A stretch of DNA of 55,715 bases, the filler included, from Moniliella sp. 'wahieum' (taxonomy: Eukaryota): assembly GCA_003971905.1 (NCBI GenBank). It is 3 parts of 3 records of this genome, joined end to end, with 100 filler letters (N's around TTAATTAATTAA, not from the genome) between each part and the next. Parts side by side here need not be neighbours in the genome. Positions count along the whole stretch, not along the records: positions 1 to 14,917 come from RSEE01000203.1; positions 15,018 to 29,017 come from RSEE01000204.1; 1 more part is not named here. One strand, given 5' to 3'. Below, one piece after another: positions 12,691 to 23,200 of this stretch; the first letter of the stretch is position 1, and every line of letters begins with the position of its first letter. The notes beneath the pieces were generated by a model. It did no database searches, was not told the origin of the DNA, and saw only the letters and a program-made list of their open reading frames with translations. The position numbers were made by a program, and so were the translations under genes.

Positions 12691-14685
12691 GTCTTGAACA
12701 TCAAGCATGTATAGGAACATAGCAATGCATACCATCATCCAGCCTACCTCTCCATGCACTCTAGTACATGTACCACAGAAGCATCCGAGCACCTGTCATA
12801 GATGTTGAAGCGTACAATGACGACGACCGTCGTGGGTCTTTGAGGCGAGCATAACAACGACTGTCCCAGTTTGTCAAGCGCTTCATGGCATGCACTTGCA
12901 TAGATGATCAACAGGCGTACCAGAGCAAGTATCAACGGTGTTCCAACGAAACAACAGCATGACTTTCGGACGGTATCAATGCCATCTTTAATGCAATTGC
13001 GGACGCTGTTTGAGGAGCAAATGTACATTGTTCGGACATGCGAACTGGGTGTATACCAGCAACTTCTGCTCGTGTTTCCAAGCACCGTAGGACCAACGTT
13101 GGAGATGTTTGAACTGCCACCCACTTGGGTTTTGACGACAGATCTGCATACGTTTGAGAAGCAAATGTACATTGTTGAGGCATGCGAACTAGGACCATCA
13201 AATCGACGTGCGTACATGTTTCGATGCACCATCCAACGAACATTAGACAAGTTTGCGCTGGCAATCATATGACGTTTGACAGCTCTTCTCCAACGGTGTA
13301 ACAGCGAATCGTAATGATGTTTGCAAGCAAGTATGACCGACTTGGCAAGATGTTCAACGTACCAGCATGTTGCAAACGGTGTAGCGCACACTGTTCAGAT
13401 GTGTACCAGCATCGAACCGACATGTGTTATGGCAGACCGTGGGCGACTCTGACGGATGTATGCACTGCTACCAACGTGGTGTTTGGCACACAATCACTGC
13501 TGTTCCACCGTAACATCAAGCGATCATTGAGTGCACATGACACTGACGTTGTTCGTTGAGCAGACGGATCACAGCAGATGGTTTCGCACATGTGCAAGAG
13601 CAGTATGGCAATGCATCCCATCGCGTTGGTACATGCATGCTGTAGAAGGAACGGCATATCCGTTCGTCATTCGTACAAGCTATTACCAGCACCATTGCAA
13701 TCTGACGCCAACGTTCACTGCCATAGGCACAGGAGCTGACGGATAGCAATGCAGCCAACCGCATTCGTCCACATCAGTGTCTACTGCACAAACGCAACAG
13801 CATCAACAGCGTTGACATGCAGTCGAACAGGACCAGGATCGAGCAGACCGAACGACATGTACAGCAGGTGCAACGCATACTGTACTGACTTAAGAAGAGG
13901 TCATTGCCTACGACGTAGCATCACAACGGATGCAGGTGTACTGCACTGGTATTCAACTGAACAGGATGACCTGGTATACGCATCGACTGTATGACGCTGA
14001 CGAGCATTGAACGTTACTGCATGTGAACAAGGCGTTCAACCATTGCACATGGGAACAGACTAACGCGAACAGCATGAGGATCAGCAGACCAAGCATGGCT
14101 TTGATGTGCATTCAATGCTGTACTGCACCACGAACAGATGCTTGCATACGGCCTAGCATCAGCATGCATCCAATGCATTGGAACGCAGATGTACTGCAGG
14201 TGTTAAGGAACTGAACAGCACCCACTGGTATTGGCGTTGACGGTACACGATGAGATGCATTGAGCAATGCTGTACTTGCACAAGGCAATGGTACATTGGT
14301 CGTTGCATCAGGCAGACATGCCCCGCGAAGGCACAGTTGACGATGAACGACAGTGGCAGATGCAACGGTATGTCATGCGCACCACGCTAGCATACGGCAT
14401 AGGATGGGAGTATGTGCACGAGGAAGATGGGGAGAGGGCAGTGTGTACAAGCAGTACGGTCGACGGGTAACGGCTGGGAGTATGAACAGAGCAGTGTGCA
14501 TGATGAGATGGATGTGTACAGCAAGTGGAGCAGGATGGGGTAGGGAGCATGGATGACTGGTATTGGGAACGGTATGCTTGGTGTGTAGGGCAGTGGAGCG
14601 AAGGAGGAGAGCATGTAGAGGGAGTGCGTAAGGAGGAACGCTGTGTCGTATGGTAGAGGGTAGTATGGAATGGGTATGCATGTGT

Positions 14686-14917
14686 GGTAACCGCTAGTGG
14701 GTATTGAGATGTGAGTGAGGGTGGGTGAGTAGAATAGGAGTGTAAGGGGAGTGTAGGGTATGTGAGGGTGATGGTAGGAGTGATATGGGGTGGTAGGAGG
14801 GTGGGAGAGTGAGAGGGGAGGGGTGTTGAGTGGGTGTGGGAGAGGGAGGTAGCAGTAGTATAGGGTAGTGTAGATAAATAGTAGAGGGTGGGAGGGTGGG
14901 TAACCGCTTGTGGTATG
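14686..14917 (+). repeat. G-rich, C-depleted low-complexity tract at the contig end
   Basis: Only one C between 14695 and 14903. Bracketed by two GGTAACCGCT(A/T)GTGG copies starting at 14686 and 14899. Confidence 0.7.
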
Positions 14918-15017
14918 NNNNNNNNNNNNNNNNNNNNNNNNNNNNNNNNNNNNNNNNNNNNTTAATTAATTAANNNNNNNNNNNNNNNNNNNNNNNNNNN
15001 NNNNNNNNNNNNNNNNN
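14918..15017. other. Artificial contig-joining linker
   Basis: 44 N + TTAATTAATTAA (stops in all six frames) + 44 N. Confidence 0.97.
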
Positions 15018-16006
15018 CGATGCGGGATGAACCGTCGTGTGGTTAAGGAGCAGAGTACACGCTCATGAGACACCACAAAAGGTGTTGGTACATCTAGACA
15101 GTTGGACGGTGCCATGGAAGTCGGAATCCGCTAAGGAGTGTGTAACAACTCACCAACCGAATGTACTAGCCCTGAAAATGGATGGCGCTGAAGCGTGCTC
15201 CCATACCACACCTTTCGTGCCAGAGTTGTGCGAAAGAGTAGGCAGGCGCGGGGGTTTTGTGCCGAAGCGTTGGGCGTGAGCCTGCGTGGAACGGCCCCTG
15301 GTGCAGATCTTGGTGGCAGTAGCAAATATTCAAGCGAGTAACCTGAAGACTGAAGTGGAGAAAGGTTCCATGGTAACAGCAGTTGGACATGGGTGAGCCG
15401 ATCCTAACCGATAGGCTGATGCTGATCCATAGCACCTTTGGGGGTGTGGTTCGGGAAAGGGAAGACGGTTAAGATTCCGTCGCCGGGATGAGGATGATGT
15501 ATTGAGCGGTAACGCAAGCAAGCCAGGAGACGCTGGCGAGTACCCCAGGAAGAGTTTCTTTCTGCTTAACCATGCTGAGAATGCGCCGTGGAATCGAGTT
15601 ATCCGGAGAGACGGTGCAGGGCGTGGGAAGAGTGCTGGCGCTACGCTGGCATCTGGTGTGTGCTCGACGGCCGTGAAAATCCTGGTGCGTGTCTAGTCTC
15701 TCGCCCGGTCGTACTGATCACCGCAGCAGGTCTCCAAGGTGAAGAGCCCTAGTTGAAACGAGAACGTAGGTAAGGGAAGTCGGCAAATTGATCCGTAACT
15801 TTGGGAGAAGGATTGGCCAAGGCTTGGGTGCTGGCCGGGGCGATGCGTGGGGGTGGGCGGCTGGGGCGCAAGCTCTGGCGGGGGCGGCGCGCTGCGGCGC
15901 GGTCCGAAAGGTGCGCTGAACAAGCGACTTGGAACTGGTACGGACGCGGGGAATCGACTGTCTAATTAAAACATAGCATTGCGATGGCCATAACGTGGTG
16001 TTGACG

Positions 16007-16040
<34 letters not shown>

Positions 16041-16062
16041 AGTGAAGAGATTCAACCAAGCG

Positions 16063-16117
<55 letters not shown>

Positions 16118-16169
16118 TTAATTCGTGACGCGCATGAATGGATTAACGAGACTCCCACTGTCCCTATCT
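15018..16169 (+). rRNA. Partial 28S (LSU) rRNA, 5' end cut by the contig start, 3' end truncated at 16169
   Basis: Conserved LSU blocks: GAAGTCGGAATCCGCTAAGGAGTGTGTAACAACTCACC, GCAGATCTTGGTGG, GATCCGTAACTT, GACTGTCTAATTAAAACATAGCATTGCG, CTCTTAAGGTAGCCAAATGCCTCGTCAT, CGCGCATGAATGGATTAACGAG. Confidence 0.97.
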
Positions 16170-16499
16170 GATGGAGGATGGTCGCTGTCCTCATCGTCTC
16201 TGATTCCCCCTCTCTTCGGAGAGAGGGGGTCTTTGCGTCCCTGAAAGCCAACCCTACCGAACCATTCGACCAATTGACAAAGAAAAGAGTGGTAAAGAAA
16301 GTGGATTTGACGTTTGATCCCCTCTCCACCTTTCCCCTGTTGCGTCTTTGTTACTGATCCCCTGTAAGGTTCCGACCTGTGGGTATATTGACCCTCTTCG
16401 GCTTGTGCATGTACTGACCCCGCAGATACTGACTTGTGAATATACTGTTGAGGAAAGCCACCGGACACAGTGTCTTCCGGCCATCACCGGCGGAGTAGT

Positions 16500-19100
16500 T
16501 GTTCGATTACCCCTGTAGCCCCCCGCACGGGACTGCTCTCCGCCTTCCCCCCACAGACCAATGCATGCCCAATATCCCTTACTCTACTACTACATCATCC
16601 GCCGCCATAGAACTGTCAACGCACCATATCCTACCCGATCTGCGAAGGTCACCACACAGCATCACCCAGTCAGTACTATATACCGCGATGGAAGATGAGG
16701 CCCTCGTGGAATTCTCAACACCGCCATTCTTTCTGCACCCTCCTCATCTCCATCTTAGCCCACGCGCCTCGCGTTATGCCAACACCCAGTCCCCTTCCAG
16801 AGCTCCCATGCGTACTAAGCGACGCCGGCCCCAACGCCCACCAGTGAGCAACTATACACCCCATATAGTACTACCTCCCATAGCCTGCACCTTCGCCCCT
16901 GCCCAAACGACCGAGCCTCCAATTCCGCCCTCAATCTTTGACCAGTAGCATGCCTATCCACTCTCTTCTCTTATACTAATATCACTTGGATGGAGCACCA
17001 GCCATATTGGAGCTATGCCGTTCTTAGACGTTAATAGCGTGGCTGTCGACCCATTCCCAACCCTAGTGCCGTATAAGCCCGTGCACGTGCACGGTAGGGT
17101 TGGCATCACTATCGGTTTGGCCTGCAGCCGCCTGCTTCTTTGCACCTCCACCGCCACCACCACATATGCCAAGGCATTGTTCCGGCCAGCACTTTCAGCA
17201 TGTCTGTTTGTGCCATGCCTGCTAACTTTGGCAGTGTGGCCATGTGGGGCCTTTCGAGGGATCGTGGGTGCAACGCTCGGGGTCGATTCGCCGAAGCCGG
17301 TGCTCAATCCCCTGTCTCTCGAAACAAGCGGGGCGGAGGGATGCCCACGAAGATGTTCTTTGCGAGGGGCTGGTAAGCCCCCATCCTCCTCGCTACTTCG
17401 TTCAAAGTGGAAATCAGTTTTTGTCTCAACGCGGCGCCAAGCATCGAGACCAGTCTGTATTCCGTTCAGCCCCCCCCCGCGCACACGTCCAAAAAGGCAT
17501 GCCGAACGCCAGCTTATTCATAGGCTGCACAAAGTGCTTGCAGTATGTTCTTTTTAGCTCCTCATTGACCTTCACAAGTTACAATGTGCACCCCACTAGC
17601 TGGACCCACCTGCCGCCTAGTGGGATGGGAAGACAAGGGACCGCGCTGCAACTTGCGTTTGCTTCAAACCTTGTGGGGAAGAGGAATGGGCATGGTCATT
17701 CGGCAACACCATCACCACTGACCATGCCGGCTATCCCCTGTACTGTGCATTCCCCAGTCGCTGATAGACAAACGGATGAGCAATGTGGGCCTGCGCCTTG
17801 CTAGCACAGCGCCTGGTCCTCTTTGTTTCTTTGTCACCTCCAAAGGCCCATCGTTCTCCATACATGTTTTTCAACGTGGCCAGGGGCCACGTGCTAGTCT
17901 GGATGCTCTCAGGGGCATGCACATGTTGGCTCCTATCTTCAAACGTCGGAGAACGGAATGTTCGATGATCGTTGCTTCATCTTTGCTGTCTGCTCGCCCT
18001 TCGCCTACGCGCCCCTCGAAAGTGGATTGACTGTCTTTCGCTGGAACAGCACGACACAACGTTCGAGCACAACATCGAGCACAACTTTCGAGCACAACTT
18101 TCGAAGCGCCTCTCAGTGCTTCATCCCCTGCCGCCCATTCGATCGTCTCTAACAGCATACCCAGCAAGGCACGCACTTCCCTCACCCGTCCACCTCATGT
18201 CACCGTCATAACCTCTGGCACGGTGTGCAAGCGTGAATCGTGCCTCCCAATTCGACCGCTTCTGTTCAATGCGAGATATGCGAGGTGGGATGCAAAGACG
18301 TCAACGCCGCACACACATGGGGTACCGGCAACTGGGTTACGCGTGTGGAGTCAGTGGGGATGGCACTAGGAATTACCCACTCCCGTCGATGGTCGGCAGG
18401 ATGTGTACTTAATGCCTCTTAAAGCCAGCAGCGCCCCAACCAAAAGCAGCATAGCCTGTGAGAACTGCTACGCCCTTTGGCCAAGGATGACGCGCCCCAA
18501 CATGACCCCCCCACTCCCTGCCGGTTCGCTCGACAACACACCGCATTAGTCTTCAGTCGCCAAGACTGGTGGTGCTTGCCCCCACCCCCACCCCCCAAGG
18601 GTTAGCACTTGCCACAAACCGGCGGGTGGTAACTCTCGTGCCCGACACGAGTGGTCCAATTTCATCTCAACTGCGCTTGGCCGAACCCCGTGTGCTTGTC
18701 GTGCCAGTATTCCTGTACGCTCGGAGCGAACTCCTGCCAGATGTCGGACGGACTGGGAGCATTCAGGGATGGGCATGATCTTTGCCTTACCTAGCAACGC
18801 GGGTGCCAACAAGGATGCCATCCCGGTTGCTTCTGTCGGCGGTCCCACTGGTAAAGCGGGGTTGGACGGTAGCCGGCCAGGATGGCGAGCTGAGCCGAAT
18901 GCCCGCCAAGACGTGGGCTGGACGGGGTGCAGCGTCGGCTCGTTGTCTGCTGACCTCTGATGGCCTTGCTTGTAGGGCGTGTCCACTTGGTGCTTGAGTC
19001 TGGCTTGCGCCTCGAGTGATGGCACTAAAGGATAGCCTGCATGCTTCTTCGTAAGTCCATCCTCCCACGCACTCGTCGGCCGGCGCGTAATGCATGAGAA
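16500..19100 (+). CDS. Putative tandem DUF3505-like zinc-finger protein (fragmented; boundaries uncertain)
   Basis: Recurrent plus-strand Cys pairs: GLACS(A)CFF..MPRHCSGQH (~17114), FIGCTKCLQYV (~17526), FAVCSPFAYA (~17991), GTVCKRESC (~18226), IACENCYA (~18457), PVCLSCQYSC (~18693). They resemble the fingers at the N-terminus of the neighbouring minus-strand gene. Confidence 0.45.
18055..18104. repeat. Short tandem repeat of TCGAGCACAAC(A/TT), about 4 copies
   Basis: Read directly. Confidence 0.75.
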
Positions 19101-19384
19101 TCACACGCTACAAGGCTGCTTCTCTTCTGACCCACGCCAAGGGCCCGGGGGGCGAGTTGATGGTGTGTATTCGGATGTCCATCGAGTGTCGACTGGGACG
19201 GGATGGCGGCGGGATGGGGGACGCCAGGCGAGAGGAGGAGCTGGTGGCAGAGACGAGTTGAGTGTTGCGTCGGTCTTAGCCGCGCCGCTGCGCACGCGAT
19301 CATCGATCAGGCAGGCGATCATGTCGATCATCGATTATGGTAAGCACTGCAATATTGAAACGAGCTGCGGCTGGGCGCTGGCTG

Positions 19385-19419
19385 TCGATGATCGATGATC
19401 GATGATCGATGATCGATGA
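19385..19419. repeat. (TCGATGA)x5 perfect heptamer array
   Basis: Read directly. Related TCA-TCGA-TCA/TTA units at 19299-19338. Confidence 0.95.
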
Positions 19420-20213
19420 GGGCTAGCTAATAAGCCTTCGCACTCATCCCCGCTCAGCCTCCCGCACTCCCTCGCCCCTCGCCACCTCCTCCCGCCATGT
19501 CGCCTCAGTCCGTCTTGCGCGTTGTATGGGGCTTGGGGTGCAGCCGCAGCCGCTCGAATCTCCGTGACGCGCAGGCACGCGACGGGTGGGAGCACGCGTC
19601 GCAGGGCAAACGCATCCACGCTACGCCAGACCCAGACCGCCGCTAGGCTGCAACCGGGCCGTCGAAGCAGCTAAGCTGCAGTCCGACCCCAACTCAGTTC
19701 GAAGCCCAAGCACGCCTTTCCAACGTTGCGGCTTCGACGGGGGCGTACAGAAGGGGATGCGTGTCTCCACATTGAAGAGAAGTGTTGGCTAACTCGCCGC
19801 GCCCCGCGCCGCCTATCTTCCAACTCGAGCCAAGAGGAAACCCCGCGTGCACTCTCGTTTCCTTCATCTCCTCTCTTGGACCCTCCATTACTCACATGTT
19901 CTCAAATCAGGTTGAGCCGGTCGACGGCCGTCGCCATGTGGGGCAAACCTGAGAGTCGGGGGGGCATCCATCCGTAATACGCCCCGCCCCTCACCCATCC
20001 TGCGCCCCGTTGCCTTCAGGACATTTCTTCTACTAACCTTGCTTCATACCTAAATATTGCTGCCATTGCTATGCACCGTGTGCATACATGTTTAGTGCAG
20101 ATCAACTGGAGCCAATGGGCCACATGCATGGCATGGCATGGCACGACGCGGCACCCAGGCCGGATGAAGCTTGCAGCCTCGGGGGGCTCCCCGTTGTACG
20201 AAACCCGACTCTA

Positions 20214-23200
20214 TCATCGACCCCAGGACCCCTCCGAGGATGAACTTGGAGACAGAAATGAGGTGAACAAATCGTCTAACTGCTGCCGCTCCCTTGTGCG
20301 TCTCCGTGTGACCCGTTCGTCTCTGGGGGATGAGGGCCTTGGACGTTTGCGCCGCCTCGGCTGCTCGGTGGAGGTGGGCGGATCAAAGCGAGGAGCGGGT
20401 AGGGAAGGCGTCGCATCTACCTGGGCGGCAGCTGCGTTAGCCTCGGGCTGGATCTGGCGTTGGGGCTGCGGAAGCCTAGGCTGTGGAGGGGGCGAAGGGC
20501 TGGCAAGCGTCGCTGGCACTGGGGTAAGTAGAGGGCAAACACGGGCCTTGGAGCTGGCACGCAGTACATGGTTGGGCGCCATCCACGTTTTCACACCGCA
20601 TGGGACGCGCATAGAGGCAGGTGGTCACCGCCTCCATGAGGCAATGGGAGGTGTGCAGCCAATGCGCTACGTTGCCCACATAGATCCGATTTTCATTCGT
20701 ACTTGGATGCTGTAGCTCATGGCGCACCTGGTCTTTGGAGGCGAGAATGATCAGTTGGCCTCGTTCGCCTGCGCCTCTGGCTGCCAGGGCGGCCGCCTGG
20801 ATCAAGTCGAGACCAGTAAATGGGACACCCACCCAAATAACCTTGTCGCAGTCAGGCACGTCCACACATACGGAAAGCTCGCTGGTTCCCACAAGCACCA
20901 CTTCGTCACCGTGCACAAATTTTACCAGGTCCTCCGCCCCTTCTTCCACCTCGGCAGCATGGGTGTCGCCTACCCGGGACGATGCGGGAAGGGGGAGGAG
21001 GTAGTACTAACGAACGAGCAAAGGATGAATTAGAATTAGCAAACAATCGAATTGAGAACGAGTGAGAAAGACGCACTGGAACAGCAAGGTGGGATGCGAT
21101 TGTCTTTGCTTCGCTGCGCGAGTTGGCGATGATGATGGCGCGGCGAGTGCAGGTGGTCGACATGGGTTTTTGCGCCAAGCATTTCGGGCTTCAAGGTGCA
21201 CGGATAACAGACGAGACAATGTGGCATGCGCGCCAGTCGGGTCTGGCGCGTGGTATACATACTGCACTCGGGCCGAAGGACTGGCGGGTTAAAATGGGAA
21301 AACTTAACGAGGCGGTCTTTTGACAACATTAACTCCAGCTCCTCCACAATCCCGCGCGGCGCCGTGGCTGAGAGTGCAAGGAGGCGTGTATGGGCAAGAA
21401 AGGGGGGAAGGAAGGAAATGTTGTCCAACTCGCTTTGCAAGTGGCGTTGCAGAGGGATGAGATGTGCTTCTTCCAGTACAATCCGTTCGAGCCGCTTGTG
21501 CTGGGATAGGGAGCGGAGAAGGTCGGCGAAATTTCTGTGGACGAGGTGGCCAACGGTTGTGAGCAAAATGCGGGTCCCTTGTTTTAGCTGAAGAACTGGG
21601 GGTGGCATTAGCATGGGGGGGCTGCCAGCACTCAAACTTGATCCGGTGTTGGAGCAAGTGGCACTCAATGGCGGCAAGCATGCTGGGCAGGGGTACGAGG
21701 ATGACATGCACCATGTCAGGTGCAGCGGTGATGGCTGGGATGAGCCACAGGGCGGTGCGGCTTGTTCCGGGTGCCAAACTGATCATGGATGCAGCGCCAA
21801 CAGGATCAAAGAATACGCGCTCGAGACCTTCCTGTTGGGTCTCTGTCAGACCGCCAAGGCCAAAAAGGCGGTGACCGGCCTCACGCGCGGCTGCAAGGCG
21901 AGTCCAGGGAGATGCCTCTGGGACGTCAGGCAGTGGGGTCGGGGGAAAGGTAGGAAGGGGGGGGAGGGTGAGCTGAAGAACATTCTCTTGCCAGTCGCGG
22001 CTGACGAGGCGAGCAAGAGGCAATGGGGCCAAGTCGAGATATCCCAGCTGATCGACGCTTCGACCATAGGCCAAGGGGTTGGGGTTAGATGAACGGCCTG
22101 CTTGGGTCGCCTGGCCAGCCAGACGCGGTCGCGCTGTCTGCGCGTGTGCTGTGCTGAAGTGCCGGGAGACTGGGGTCGTCCTCGCGGTCTATCCAGATTG
22201 ACCGAATCCATCGAGGCCCTGCTGTTGGCCAAAGAGAGCGTAGGTGCGCTGGCCCTTGGATACGACCTAGAGTAGTGGAGCCACATACGCGACGTAATCG
22301 CCCTAGCCACGACCTCGTCGGGCCAATTGGCACGCAGAGCGTTGGTGATGTGCATGGCTGATAGCTTTTTGGAGCGGGCAGTAACGAAGAGTTGGGGTTG
22401 GCAAACAGGCACGCTGCTGGCTTAGTGCCAGGTTGTGACGCAGCAGATCGGTGTAGGGTCGGACAAGAAGCAAGTAGGCCTTGAGCACCTTGGCTGTCGT
22501 CGGATCGGGAAAGCGGGTAGAGTGGAGGGTAGCCTCGGGGCTGTCTTCCATGGCCGACATGCTGCGCCGCATGACAAGAAAGACCTCATCGCCAGCAACG
22601 TAGATGCTGCGGGTGTTGGACAATTCATTTAAACAGCGCACATCCACCGTGTCTGCAACCGAAGGCGAGACGCCCCGAGCAGACATGAATGGCCAAGGCG
22701 AGCTGGACCAGAAAGGACTCCTCTAGCTTGAGGATAAGCTTTTCGAGTATGAGCTGAGCCTTATCGTCGAGCCGCTCGTGATGAACAATGGACTCGAAAA
22801 CGTGGCGGAGGTCACGATCTTGGGCGAGACGAAGATTTGAGGCTCAGTGGCAAACGAGTAGCCGACTGCGTGATTGTTGAACATGTCTTTCAAATCATGA
22901 CGGTAAACTGGATGCTTGTCGAAGAGAGAGGCATACCGTTTAGTGCGCCCAATAGTAATCAGCTTGAGGAAGGCATCTTCGAGTCGGACAAGGATTGAAT
23001 TGGCAAACACGCAGAGATGGTGGTGAGGGATGATTAGGCCATTCGGCAAGGTTGTCTGGTCAGGTCGATAAACAAACGTGCCGATGTCATTCCCATGCAA
23101 GGCGCGGACACGACTAGCATACTGCAATACCTTTGCAATTTGGCCAGCGACACCGGCAGAGTTCAAGACCAAGTGGTTCTTCTGATAGTCAATCAATTCC

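Noticed and set aside
14962..14973. TTAATTAATTAA as a biological motif or piggyBac/Pokey site
   Set aside because: It is centred in N runs and repeated identically at 29062-29073, so it is a synthetic stop linker.
14686..15100. Telomere-like tract physically adjacent to rDNA
   Set aside because: The two lie on different contigs joined artificially.
16168..16250. Hammerhead ribozyme at the 28S junction (CTGATG...GAAA)
   Set aside because: The core reads CTGATGG rather than CUGANGA, and the first stem is followed by CATC, not GAAA.
16470..16520. tRNA- or 5S-like fragment (GGCCATCACC...GTTCGATTACCC)
   Set aside because: No cloverleaf and no continued 5S similarity.
16170..16900. Group I intron interrupting 28S (exon ends in U; AGTACTATA/TATAGTACT pair)
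   Set aside because: 28S never resumes downstream in the contig, and no convincing P/Q/R/S core is present.
16954..17484. Minus-strand 176-aa ORF as an integrase
   Set aside because: No ordered catalytic motifs; the plus strand carries the more coherent zinc-finger signal.
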